Shown here: positions 1 to 13,366 of the stretch, piece by piece | Numbering within the stretch: position 1 is the stretch's first letter | How the letters are laid out: each line of letters opens with the position of its first letter | Assembly (NCBI GenBank): GCA_965219085.1 | Contig: OZ244720.1 | Span: 64,001 to 128,000, forward strand | DNA: 64,000 nucleotides | Reading direction: 5' to 3' | DNA from: Dehalococcoidia bacterium | GTDB taxonomy: Bacteria > Chloroflexota > Dehalococcoidia > UBA2979 | Notes under the pieces: generated by a model | Database searches by the model: none | Seen by the model: only the letters and a program-made list of their open reading frames with translations | What the model was told of the DNA's origin: nothing | Made by a program: the position numbers and the translations under genes

Positions 1-499
1 GCTGTTCGAGACACCGCTGATCGGGTGGACGGTGTGGCTGTACGGTGCGTTCCCCGTCCGGCGCCACTCGGGCGACCTCGGCGCGCTGCGGGCCGGCCGC
101 AACCACCTGCGAGCGGGCCGCGCCGTGCTCGTGCATCCCGAGGGCACGCGGTCGCCGGACGGGAGACTCCAGCCGGGCTTGCCGGGCTCGGCCGTGATGG
201 CGTTGCTCGGCGGCGCACCGATCGTGCCGTGCGCGGTCACCGGCACGCTGCCCATCAAGGGCACTCGATCGATCCTGCGCGCGCTGCTCGGCCGCCGTAC
301 GTCGATCCGCATCGTCTTCGGCGAGCCGTTCACGCTCGACGCAGGCAAGCCGACGGCCGATCGGGCGGAGGCGGCGACCGATCTGATCATGCGTCGCATC
401 GCCGAGCTGATGCCGGAGGAGTACCGGGGCGCCTACGGCGCGGGCTCGGAGGGTCAACTCGTCGTCGCCCGCCACCGCGACAGCGCCCGCTCCGAGTAG
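1..499 (+). CDS. plsC: 1-acyl-sn-glycerol-3-phosphate acyltransferase (PlsC family), 5' end outside window
   Basis: Motifs GAFPVRR, HPEGTRS and APIVP typical of lysophospholipid acyltransferases; frame is open from the window edge. Confidence 0.8.
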   Translation, partial: LFETPLIGWTVWLYGAFPVRRHSGDLGALRAGRNHLRAGRAVLVHPEGTRSPDGRLQPGLPGSAVMALLGGAPIVPCAVTGTLPIKGTRSILRALLGRRTSIRIVFGEPFTLDAGKPTADRAEAATDLIMRRIAELMPEEYRGAYGAGSEGQLVVARHRDSARSE

Positions 500-522
500 C
501 CGTTCCTCGCCCGCGGGCGCTA
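491..522 (+). repeat. Direct repeat, copy 1 (plsC stop codon region), left boundary of ATPase/HEPN islet
   Basis: TCCGAGTAGCCGTtcctCGCCCGCGGGCGCTA matches 3457-3488 at 28/32 nt. Confidence 0.8.
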
Positions 523-912
523 TCCGTCTGGCATCGCCGGACGGGACGGCGCGCGTGCCGCGACCGCCTCGACGAAGTCTTCAACCATCTCGATCCAATA
601 TCGCAACTCGTCACGAGAGGGTTCGATCTCGTACGGATGGTGGTGGCAGACACGGCTCAGAGCCGTCCAGGTCTGCCACGCCGTCGCCGCAACTTGCTCG
701 CTGCGAACGTACTCACCCAGACAGAGGAATTGCGCTCGGGCCGGGAGTGACTCAACGCTCGGCGCGCGCTCGTGCCACAGATCGCGCATTGCCATTTCAA
801 GCGCCTGGCGTGCGAGCGCCGCGGCTGCACGAGGCCAAAGCCCTGCGGTGGCCGGCTCGTGCCGCTCGACGAGGGCGCGTGCCTCTGCGACCAGGCGGGC
901 AGAGGAGGTCAC
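520..912 (-). CDS. Small HEPN-like hypothetical protein, coupled to the upstream ATPase
   Basis: 130 aa, predicted helical; ARQALE and LSRVCHHH resemble the HEPN RxxxE and R..H motifs; GTGA overlap with the ATPase stop at 909-912. Confidence 0.65.
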   Translation of the reverse strand: MTSSARLVAEARALVERHEPATAGLWPRAAAALARQALEMAMRDLWHERAPSVESLPARAQFLCLGEYVRSEQVAATAWQTWTALSRVCHHHPYEIEPSRDELRYWIEMVEDFVEAVAARAPSRPAMPDG

Positions 913-3359
913 TTCGAAGACCTGAGCGCCGTGGCCAGGGCTTCGGAATTATCGATGAGCGCGCGAAGCGCGCCGATGCTCACGCCCTCGTGCGAACCGC
1001 GGGTGCATGCGAAGAAGGCGTCACCGGCGCGCCGGCCAAAGCGAGAGTTGATCGCGCTCCCAACTTCGTGAGCCCGCCCGGGCTTGTCGAAGAGGAGCAG
1101 GCCAGCCTTCTCGACGAGTGACTGGGCCTGTTCGAGCGACTCCTCGACTTCGCGGTGGGGGACGCCACGCCCGATCCATCGACGCCGCACGACCTCCATG
1201 CACACCGCCTCAATCGCGTTGCGGCAGAAGACCGGCACAACCCTCCCTGCGACATCCGCCGACAGGCCCGGCGTCTGCACCAAGGCCCTTGCATCATCGA
1301 AGTAGCGAGCCACCGGGTCCGAGACTGGACGTACTTCAACCACTGACGAACCGCGGCGCGCGACTTGTAGTTGCTTCGCGCGGATCCCGAGTCTGCGGAC
1401 CGCCTCGGGCAGCCGGTCGTCGTGGGTGAACACGATGACCTGACGCTCCCGAGCGACGTCATCGAGCACTCGCGCGAGACCGTCGACCTTCGCCGCATCC
1501 ATGGCCTGAACGGGGTCGTCGATCACGACGAAGCGAAACGGACTGGCATTGAAGGTCGCCCGCGGCAGAAACAGGCTCAGAGCGAGCGAATGCAACTCGC
1601 CCTGGCTCATCACACCGAGCGCCGCGCCTTCGGTTCCGTCGACGGTCACATCAACCGCGAGACGACGCCGATTCCCGCTGCCGGCGAGGTCGAAGCGGGT
1701 GATGTCAACACTGCTCCCCTGCCGCAGTTGCGCCCAGATCGCAGACGATTGCTCGGCCAACGGGGCGAACCGCTCGGCTCGCACGGCATCCATGGTGCCT
1801 TGCAGCCACTCCTCGCCAGCGCTCAGCTCCCCGATTTGCTCGCTCCCCCGCTGTGCTTCGCGAGCGGCGGGCGACCATGCGCGCAGGCGTTGAGCCACAG
1901 GACGCCATGCGTCCTCGCGACGTTCAAGCTCGGCTCCGGCTCGTTCGCGCACGCCAGCGGCCGCTTCGCGAACGGGACCGAGCGCGGACTCTATGTGGTC
2001 GGCAAGTGCGCCCGCGTCGACGTCGTCGGGAGGGGCAAGCCACGCGTCCCACACCGTACGGAGCCCCACAGCTTCGATGCCCACCCGGTGGGCTTCGCCG
2101 AGCGCGTTCGGTGCGGGCTGCAAGAAACCTCGCCCCGCGCGCATCGCGGCGTCCACGCCGTCACGCGCGGCCTGCGCCCCGGCCGCCCCGTGCTGGAGCG
2201 ATTCGACCTCTTGCTCTGCCCGCTGGCGCCACGCGGCATCGAGCGTCCCGGCGCCGCAGACGGGACACGGCCCGCCGCCGGCGTGGTCGTGGAACCGAAC
2301 CGCCGCTTCGAGCAAGTCTGCTACCTGCAGCGCACGGCCCGCATCGGTGTTCCGCGTGGCGTCGTATGCCATCTGGGCGTCCCGAAGCCCCTCGCAAATC
2401 ACTGCCGCCGCTGCCTCATCCGGTGCGTCGATTGCGGCCAGTTGCCGCAAGGTCGTCAGCTCATCCGCGGCATCCGAGCCCGTGGCCCCTTCGAGCGCCC
2501 GCTCCACGACGCCGAGCCCCCAACCATCGGACTGCAGCGCCTCCAGACACTGCGTGGCCCGAGCGTCGTCGAGGGCTCCGAGCGCCTCGATGAGCTCGCT
2601 GCGGATTGCGTCCGCGTCTCCGAGGGCTTGCCGGCGGCTCAGCCGCGCCCGTCTGAGCCGCGCGCGGGCGTCGACCAGCGCGTCGAGACCGAGCACTCGC
2701 GAGACGCTGTCGTAGAGCGTCGTCGGCCCGGCTTCCAGCGTCGTTCCGAGTTCGTTGTAGGAGAGGAACGGACGGAAATGGGCTAGAGCGTCCTCCCAAC
2801 CCAGCATCGAGAGATCGCCTCGCGGTTGCCCGATGGTCTGTGCAGTCGCGACGCCGTCGGGCAGTAGGTCATCCGCGTCCCAGTGCCGCTCGATCCGTGT
2901 CTCGCCGGTCGTCCCCTCGATAGCGAGTCCCGCTTCGACGCGCACGGGGTCTCCATGGTGCAGGTTTCGCCAGCCCTCCTTCCAGATGGCCGAGCGATCG
3001 TCCCAGCGCCGGTTGCTACCCGTCAGCAGCATCTCAAGGCCCTCGGCGAAGCTCGACTTGCCGCACCCATTCGGGCCGATTACGAGCGTGAGACCGGGCC
3101 CGGGCTCAATCGGAAGCTCGGCCCGAGCTCCGATGCCACGAAAGCCCTCCACGGAGATGGACGTGAGGTACGCGCCGACAGGCGCCGGGGCGGTAAGGGG
3201 GTCACTGTCCTCGGCGTCTGGAGATGCTTCGCCGTCCAGCGCGGAATCAAGGGCCTCGTCCGACTCCAAGCTGGCCAGAACGAGCAGTCCCGACGCAACG
3301 TCGATTCCCCCATCCCGGTCCAACTTGTTCCCGACGAGTGCAGCCAGCTCGCGATCCAT
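909..3359 (-). CDS. Rad50/SbcC/RloC-like ABC-ATPase with zinc hook and HEPN-like C-terminal domain
   Basis: ISVEGFRG, Walker A GPNGCGKS, coiled coil with central CPVC, signature MSQGE, Walker B/D-loop VVIDDPVQAMD, H-loop FTHD; about 170-aa tail with CRNAIE and TRGSH. Confidence 0.85.
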   Translation of the reverse strand: MDRELAALVGNKLDRDGGIDVASGLLVLASLESDEALDSALDGEASPDAEDSDPLTAPAPVGAYLTSISVEGFRGIGARAELPIEPGPGLTLVIGPNGCGKSSFAEGLEMLLTGSNRRWDDRSAIWKEGWRNLHHGDPVRVEAGLAIEGTTGETRIERHWDADDLLPDGVATAQTIGQPRGDLSMLGWEDALAHFRPFLSYNELGTTLEAGPTTLYDSVSRVLGLDALVDARARLRRARLSRRQALGDADAIRSELIEALGALDDARATQCLEALQSDGWGLGVVERALEGATGSDAADELTTLRQLAAIDAPDEAAAAVICEGLRDAQMAYDATRNTDAGRALQVADLLEAAVRFHDHAGGGPCPVCGAGTLDAAWRQRAEQEVESLQHGAAGAQAARDGVDAAMRAGRGFLQPAPNALGEAHRVGIEAVGLRTVWDAWLAPPDDVDAGALADHIESALGPVREAAAGVRERAGAELERREDAWRPVAQRLRAWSPAAREAQRGSEQIGELSAGEEWLQGTMDAVRAERFAPLAEQSSAIWAQLRQGSSVDITRFDLAGSGNRRRLAVDVTVDGTEGAALGVMSQGELHSLALSLFLPRATFNASPFRFVVIDDPVQAMDAAKVDGLARVLDDVARERQVIVFTHDDRLPEAVRRLGIRAKQLQVARRGSSVVEVRPVSDPVARYFDDARALVQTPGLSADVAGRVVPVFCRNAIEAVCMEVVRRRWIGRGVPHREVEESLEQAQSLVEKAGLLLFDKPGRAHEVGSAINSRFGRRAGDAFFACTRGSHEGVSIGALRALIDNSEALATALRSSK

Positions 3360-3456
3360 ACGGGTCTCCTACAGGAACGGTCTATGCGCGTCTGCGCATG
3401 AATAATTGGAGATCACGAGTGTACTAGCATCGGTCGTTGGGACGATAGTCGCCTCA

Positions 3457-3488
3457 TCCGAGTAGCCGTCGGGCGCCCGCGGGCGCTA
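3457..3488 (+). repeat. Direct repeat, copy 2, right boundary of ATPase/HEPN islet
   Basis: TCCGAGTAGCCGTcgggCGCCCGCGGGCGCTA, 28/32 nt identical to 491-522. Confidence 0.8.
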
Positions 3489-3524
3489 CGCTTGCGGGGG
3501 CGGGGCCGACGCGAGGACTGCGTT

Positions 3525-5378
<1,854 letters not shown>

Positions 5379-5489
5379 GCGCCCGGCCCGCGCCGAGCCC
5401 CGCGCTCTGTGGATTCGACGCGTCACGAGCCGGTCCGTCGCTCCCTCGGGCCCGGCGGCGGCACGTATCGTGGCTGACGGCGAGGGGCG

Positions 5490-7091
5490 TTGCCGGTGAC
5501 GGGACCCGATCTGACGCTCGCGAACTGGCTGCTCGCGGCCGTGCCCGTGGTCGTCCTCATGGTCGCGATCTTCTTCCTGAACTGGAGCGCGCCGCGGGCC
5601 GGCGCCACGGCGTGGGTGCTGGCGCTCGCGCTCGCATTCCTCGTCTTCGGCGCGGCGAGCGACCACGTCGCGATCGCGAGCGCGAAGGGGCTGAGCCTGT
5701 CCGTCTTCGTGCTCAGCATCGTCTGGACGTCGGTCTACATGTTCAACCTCGTCGACAAGCTCGACGGCATCGACGCGATCGGGCGGGCGATGGCGAGGCT
5801 GTCGAGCGACCGGCTCGCGCAGGCGCTGCTCATTGGCTGGGGGTTCGCGAGCTTCGTGCAGGGCGTGACCGGCTTCGGCGTGCCGATCGCCGTCGCCGCG
5901 CCGATCCTGATCATGCTCGGCTTCTCGCCGGCGCGCGCCGCGGCGATGGCGCTGGTGGGGCACGGCTGGGCCGTCACGTTCGGCTCGATGGGCTCCTCGT
6001 ACTACACGATCCAGCTCGTCACGGGCATCGAGGGCCCCGTGATCGCGCCGCACATGGCGCTGCTCTTCGCCCCGGTGATCGTCGTCAGCGGCGCGCTGGT
6101 GGCGCACATCCACGGCGGGCTCGCCGCCGTGCGACGCAGCTTGCCGCTCGTGCTCGTCGCGGGCGCGGTCATGGCGGCCGGCATGTACGCGCTCGCCGAG
6201 GCGAACGCGCCCCAGATCGCGTCGAGCGTGCCCGCGGTGCTCGGCATGGCCGCGATGGCGCTCGTCGCCCGCACGCCGCTGCTGCGGCCCGAACCCGCAG
6301 CTCCCGCTCCACCGGAGCCCGAGGGCGACGACGACGCCCGGCCGATGCCGTTCTGGCTCGCGTTCATGCCCTACACGCTGCTGATCTCATTGAGCGTGAT
6401 CGCGCAGATCGGGCCGATCAAGGAGGCCTCCTCGGGGCTGCGCTGGGCGCTGGACTACCCGGGCTTCGAGACCGCCGAGGGCTTCGCGGTGGCGGCCGTG
6501 AACGACTACGCACCGATCCGGCTGCTCAACCACCCGGCGCCGCTCATCGTGTTCGCGCTGCTCATCAGCGTGGGCCTCTACATCGCGACCGCGCGGTGGC
6601 GGCGCGGCGTCGCGTGGGAGGCGCTGCGGCTCACCTACTCGCAGTGCCTCGCCACGAGCATCGGCGTCGCGACGATGGCGATGATGGCGGTGATCATGGC
6701 CGACTCCGGCATGACCGTGCTGCTGGCGCGCGGGCTGGCCGACGCTTCCGGGCCGGTCTTCCCGCTCGTCTCGCCGTTCATCGGGATGCTCGGGGCGTTC
6801 ATGAGCGGCAGCAACACCAACTCGAACGTGATGTTCGGCCTGCTGCAACTCGAGACGGCGCGAGCGCTGGACATCGGCCCCGTGACGATCTCGAGCATCC
6901 AGTCGGTGGGCGCCTCGGTCGGCAGCGCGATGGCGCCCGCGAAGGTGCTCGTCGGGGCGGCGGTGGTGGGGCTGTCGGGCAGCGAGCGCGCTATCTTCCG
7001 CATCGTCACCCCGTACATCGTGCTGCTCGTGCTGCTCGCGGGGATCGAGGCCTTCATCGTGATCGAGCTGCTCACGGGGCTGTCGAGGTGA
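5490..7091 (+). CDS. lctP: L-lactate permease family transporter
   Basis: Multi-TM protein; FASFVQGVTGFGVPIAV and GAFMSGSNTNSNVMFG motifs. Exact start uncertain. Confidence 0.85.
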   Translation: MPVTGPDLTLANWLLAAVPVVVLMVAIFFLNWSAPRAGATAWVLALALAFLVFGAASDHVAIASAKGLSLSVFVLSIVWTSVYMFNLVDKLDGIDAIGRAMARLSSDRLAQALLIGWGFASFVQGVTGFGVPIAVAAPILIMLGFSPARAAAMALVGHGWAVTFGSMGSSYYTIQLVTGIEGPVIAPHMALLFAPVIVVSGALVAHIHGGLAAVRRSLPLVLVAGAVMAAGMYALAEANAPQIASSVPAVLGMAAMALVARTPLLRPEPAAPAPPEPEGDDDARPMPFWLAFMPYTLLISLSVIAQIGPIKEASSGLRWALDYPGFETAEGFAVAAVNDYAPIRLLNHPAPLIVFALLISVGLYIATARWRRGVAWEALRLTYSQCLATSIGVATMAMMAVIMADSGMTVLLARGLADASGPVFPLVSPFIGMLGAFMSGSNTNSNVMFGLLQLETARALDIGPVTISSIQSVGASVGSAMAPAKVLVGAAVVGLSGSERAIFRIVTPYIVLLVLLAGIEAFIVIELLTGLSR

Positions 7092-7264
7092 TCCTGCTGC
7101 GCGACGGTACGCGCCGCCGGCTGCAACACATCGCCCTCGCCGGCATGGCGGCAAGCTTCCCGCTGCTCTACGTCGGTGCGGTGACGCTGGAGAGCGCGCC
7201 CGTGACGGTGGCGGGCCTGGCCGTGGCCGGCGTCACGGCCATCCTCGCCTGGCTGGCGTTCTGA
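7088..7264 (+). CDS. Small two-helix membrane protein (58 aa)
   Basis: GTGA overlap with the lctP stop; VILLRDGTRRRLQHIALAGMAASFPLLYVGAV...AILAWLAF with host-like codon use. Confidence 0.55.
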   Translation: MILLRDGTRRRLQHIALAGMAASFPLLYVGAVTLESAPVTVAGLAVAGVTAILAWLAF

Positions 7265-7277
7265 CGCCGCGAGCGCC

Positions 7278-10200
7278 TCAGTCCCCGGCGGTGACGGCGA
7301 GGATCGCGAGTACCGGCGCGAGCGCCGTGAGCAGGGCGGGCACGGGCGCCGCGCCGGTCGCGTGCGCGTCGAGGATGGCGTCTTGCCGCCAGCGGCGCTG
7401 CAGCCGCGCGCGGCTGCGATCCCACCACTCGCGCTGCAGCAGCACCGTGACTCCCACGGCCAGCAGGAAGAAGCCCGCGACGGCGAGCATCACCCAGTAG
7501 GGCACGACGTCCGTATCGCGGTTCACCCACAGGAAGCGCAGCGCCACCCCGGACAGCGTCGCGACCGCCGTGACGGCGAGCCAGCGCGTGTTGAGCGCGA
7601 TCGCCAGACCGAGCAGCGCGATCCCCTCGATCAGCAGCACGAGGCCCCACCGCGCCCCGCCCGGCTCGAATCCCTGCTCTGCCTGCGGGAGCACCAACAG
7701 CCCGGCGCCCACGATCTGCAGCACCTCGTGCCAGCCGATGTTGTCGCTCAGCCGGTCCGTGCTGCGCATCGTGAGCCCGACGAGGGCGAGGTAGATCGCC
7801 GCGGGCAACGTGTGGGCCTGGACGTTGCCGGGCTCAAGCGTGGCGATGGCGAGTTCGAGCGCCACCATGGCGAGCGCCGACGCCGGCAGGTACGCCCAGC
7901 GCACCCCGAGCCGGTATCCCTCGAACGCCACGGCCCCGGCAAGCGGCAGGAAGAGCAGGGCCAACACCCGGAACTCGACGAGGGTTGCGGGCTCGGCGCC
8001 GAGCCCCTCGAGGCGGACCCCGAGCGCCCACATCGCGGTCAGCGGCCCGAGTATCAGGCCACTCCAGGCGATGGCCTGCACGGACACCTCGGGCCACGCG
8101 GCGCCCGGCCGTCGCCACCTCGTGAGCGCCGCGAAGACGCCTGCGCCCGCCACCGAGTAGGTCGCGGCGAGGGTCCACACGGGCCAGCCGAAGACCGGCC
8201 AGGCCGCGCCGACCACGCCCAGCAATACCGCGTGGGCCGCGAGCGCGGGCTCCCAGCGCGCCAGGCGCCGCGCCTCGATCGCCACGAGCGCCCCCAGCAC
8301 GAGCACGACGAGGATGAGCGCGCGGTACTCGACCGTGCCCACCATCTCGACGCCGGGATCCTCGATGCGCGCCCCGAGGGCGGCAATCGCGACGCCGATC
8401 GCCGCCGCGATCGGGAGCCACGAGAGCGCCTGCGCGGCCGCGAAGGTCTCTGTCTCGGCGTCGGACTCCGGCGGTTCATATCGCCGCATCGGCGTGACCA
8501 GACCGAACAGCGCGACGCCGGTCGCCGTGTAGCCGGCGGCGAGCAGCCACCACGGCCACGCCTCCACCTCCCACAGCACGGCCAGCGCGAGCATCGCCAG
8601 CGACACCCCGACGACCGCGAGGCTCCAGCGCTGCCGTACAGCGAAGACACCGAGGACGTGCGCGGCGGCCAGGCCGAGCAGGATCGCGTCGTGGCCGACG
8701 TGCTCCTCGACGGGGTGCAGCGATGCACCGACCGCGAGGAGCAGCGGCGGGAGGATCGCCCACAGCAGCGCGGGCCTCGCGCGCGCAGTGAGCACCATCG
8801 CGCCGGACGCCCCCGCGGCGATCGCCGCCGGTACCCACCCGGTGTCAGGGGGGCTCACTCCCTGCGCTCGCTGCGCGAAGCCGAGAGCCATGAGGGCTGC
8901 CGCGAACGCCAGCCAGCCGAACACGACGCGTTCCGCCGGATGGTTCGGCCGGGTGCGCGTGGTTGGCCCCACACCCTCGCCGGTCCACGGGGAGATCCCC
9001 TCTCTGGTGTTCATCCAGGCGATAGCGGCGAACAGGACACCCGAGCCGAGGAACGCAGCCACGGCAATCCAGCTGTCGCCTTCCAGGTGCGTGCCGACGA
9101 GCAGGAGCGGCCAGGCCGCCCCGGCGGTCGCCAGCAAGAGCGCTCCGAACCCGAGCTGCGGGCTCGATGTGATCCAGTTGGGTCTGCCGGCGAGCAGTAG
9201 TGCGCCGGCCACGAGAGGCGGGAAGCTGTACCACTCGGCTGCAACCTCGGCCGCTCGCAGGCCGGCAAAGGCAGTCATGACTGCGAGCGGGGCCACGGCC
9301 ACCGCGGCCAGACGTTCGCGTCGCGACACGCCGGCGACGCCGACGACTCCGAGCAACAGCCCGAGCGTGACGGGCAGCTGCCAGGGGTGTGCGTCGGAGA
9401 ACTGGGCGGCGCCAGCCGCGAAGAGCACCGCGAGGGTCGCAACCACGGCGATCACGGCCGTCCCGGCTCGGCTCAAGCGGCGCGCCGCGGAAAGCGCGTC
9501 CGTGGCGACGAAGGCGAACGCCACCCACCATGCACCACTCCACTCGAGCGGAATCCCCGCGGTGAGCGCCAGCGATCCCCACGCGCTGAGCACCGCAACC
9601 CCTGTCGGAATGGCGTACAGCCGACCGGCGCCGGCGGCGAACAGGAGCCCGTAGAACGCCGTGCTGTACAGGGAGGCGACGAACCACACGAGCTCGCCCG
9701 ACACCTCGCGGTCACTGAGCACCTCGTTGTGGAGGAGCAGGAAGTTCAGCGGCGTCATCAGGGCGCCGATGGCGAGGAAGGCCGGGCCAGCCTCGCGCAC
9801 CCGCGGCCACCGCTGGAGCACCAAACCGGCAGCCATGAAGGCGACGGTGTAGACAGCGAGGATCGCCACTCGCCACTCGCCGGCGAGTGCCTCCTCCTGG
9901 CTCGACACGAAGATCAGCGCCGAGATCACCAGCAGGAACGCGCCGACGTACAGCAGCACGTCGGCCTGGCGCCGCGCCGCCCACTCGCCGACGCCGGTCG
10001 CCGGCCGGGGTGTTGGAGGGCGCGGCCTCGCGAGCGGAGGACTGGGGGTGGCCGTTGGCGGCATTGCAGCGGTGGTAGCCGGCATCGTGGCCGGGGCCTG
10101 CGCTGCCGCGGGCTCCCGACCCGCAAGCAGGTCCGCGCGGCGGGACTCGTAGTACCCGGCGAGCCGCCCTGCGGCGGCGGCGTCGATCAGGCCGTCGGCG

Positions 10201-10367
10201 CGCCAACCCGCGATGGCGTTGAGCAGCGTCGCGATCGAGGTGGGGTCATCGGCGAGGCCGGCGGGCTCCCAGCCAGCGCCGCAGTTGGGGCATCGCTCGG
10301 CTTCGAGCGGACGTATCACGCCACAGGCAGCGCAGTACTGCGGACGGGAGCCCCTCGGACCGGCGAT
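7278..10367 (-). CDS. Large polytopic membrane protein (DUF2157/SCO7613-like) with N-terminal zinc ribbon; start probably ATC at 10367 (ORF track uses GTG 10319)
   Basis: WRADGLID and LLYVGAFLLVISALIFV motifs, many TM segments; in-frame CAAC..CPNC ribbon begins upstream of the GTG; GGAGG 6 nt before the ATC. Confidence 0.75.
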   Translation of the reverse strand: MAGPRGSRPQYCAACGVIRPLEAERCPNCGAGWEPAGLADDPTSIATLLNAIAGWRADGLIDAAAAGRLAGYYESRRADLLAGREPAAAQAPATMPATTAAMPPTATPSPPLARPRPPTPRPATGVGEWAARRQADVLLYVGAFLLVISALIFVSSQEEALAGEWRVAILAVYTVAFMAAGLVLQRWPRVREAGPAFLAIGALMTPLNFLLLHNEVLSDREVSGELVWFVASLYSTAFYGLLFAAGAGRLYAIPTGVAVLSAWGSLALTAGIPLEWSGAWWVAFAFVATDALSAARRLSRAGTAVIAVVATLAVLFAAGAAQFSDAHPWQLPVTLGLLLGVVGVAGVSRRERLAAVAVAPLAVMTAFAGLRAAEVAAEWYSFPPLVAGALLLAGRPNWITSSPQLGFGALLLATAGAAWPLLLVGTHLEGDSWIAVAAFLGSGVLFAAIAWMNTREGISPWTGEGVGPTTRTRPNHPAERVVFGWLAFAAALMALGFAQRAQGVSPPDTGWVPAAIAAGASGAMVLTARARPALLWAILPPLLLAVGASLHPVEEHVGHDAILLGLAAAHVLGVFAVRQRWSLAVVGVSLAMLALAVLWEVEAWPWWLLAAGYTATGVALFGLVTPMRRYEPPESDAETETFAAAQALSWLPIAAAIGVAIAALGARIEDPGVEMVGTVEYRALILVVLVLGALVAIEARRLARWEPALAAHAVLLGVVGAAWPVFGWPVWTLAATYSVAGAGVFAALTRWRRPGAAWPEVSVQAIAWSGLILGPLTAMWALGVRLEGLGAEPATLVEFRVLALLFLPLAGAVAFEGYRLGVRWAYLPASALAMVALELAIATLEPGNVQAHTLPAAIYLALVGLTMRSTDRLSDNIGWHEVLQIVGAGLLVLPQAEQGFEPGGARWGLVLLIEGIALLGLAIALNTRWLAVTAVATLSGVALRFLWVNRDTDVVPYWVMLAVAGFFLLAVGVTVLLQREWWDRSRARLQRRWRQDAILDAHATGAAPVPALLTALAPVLAILAVTAGD

Positions 10368-10396
10368 GGGTCACCTCCGGCGCGGGACGGAGCCTC

Positions 10397-13120
<2,724 letters not shown>

Positions 13121-13366
13121 GGTTGGGTCTCCCGCCGCTCGCCGCGCGCCGGTGTCACTGTCCGCCGTGCCCGGGGAGAGGGCGGTCGAGGCCGCACTGG
13201 CGATGGGCCGGAGCGCGCGCTGCGGCGATTATACGGCAGCCGCGTTATCGCCCCACTCCAGTGCGATATGCCCTCGGAGCACCAACTCCAGGGAGGCCCT
13301 TATCACATCTCACGGAGCGTCAGGTGTACGCCGCCTGGCGACCACACCACAGGCTCTCGTCGTCGC

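Noticed and set aside
909-3359. Housekeeping SbcC/RecN/SMC call
   Set aside because: No SbcD or ScpAB partner, extra C-terminal domain after the H-loop, and location in a repeat-bounded islet.
3360-3524. glmS ribozyme upstream of glmS
   Set aside because: No recognisable ribozyme core; only about 35 nt separate the islet repeat from the start codon.
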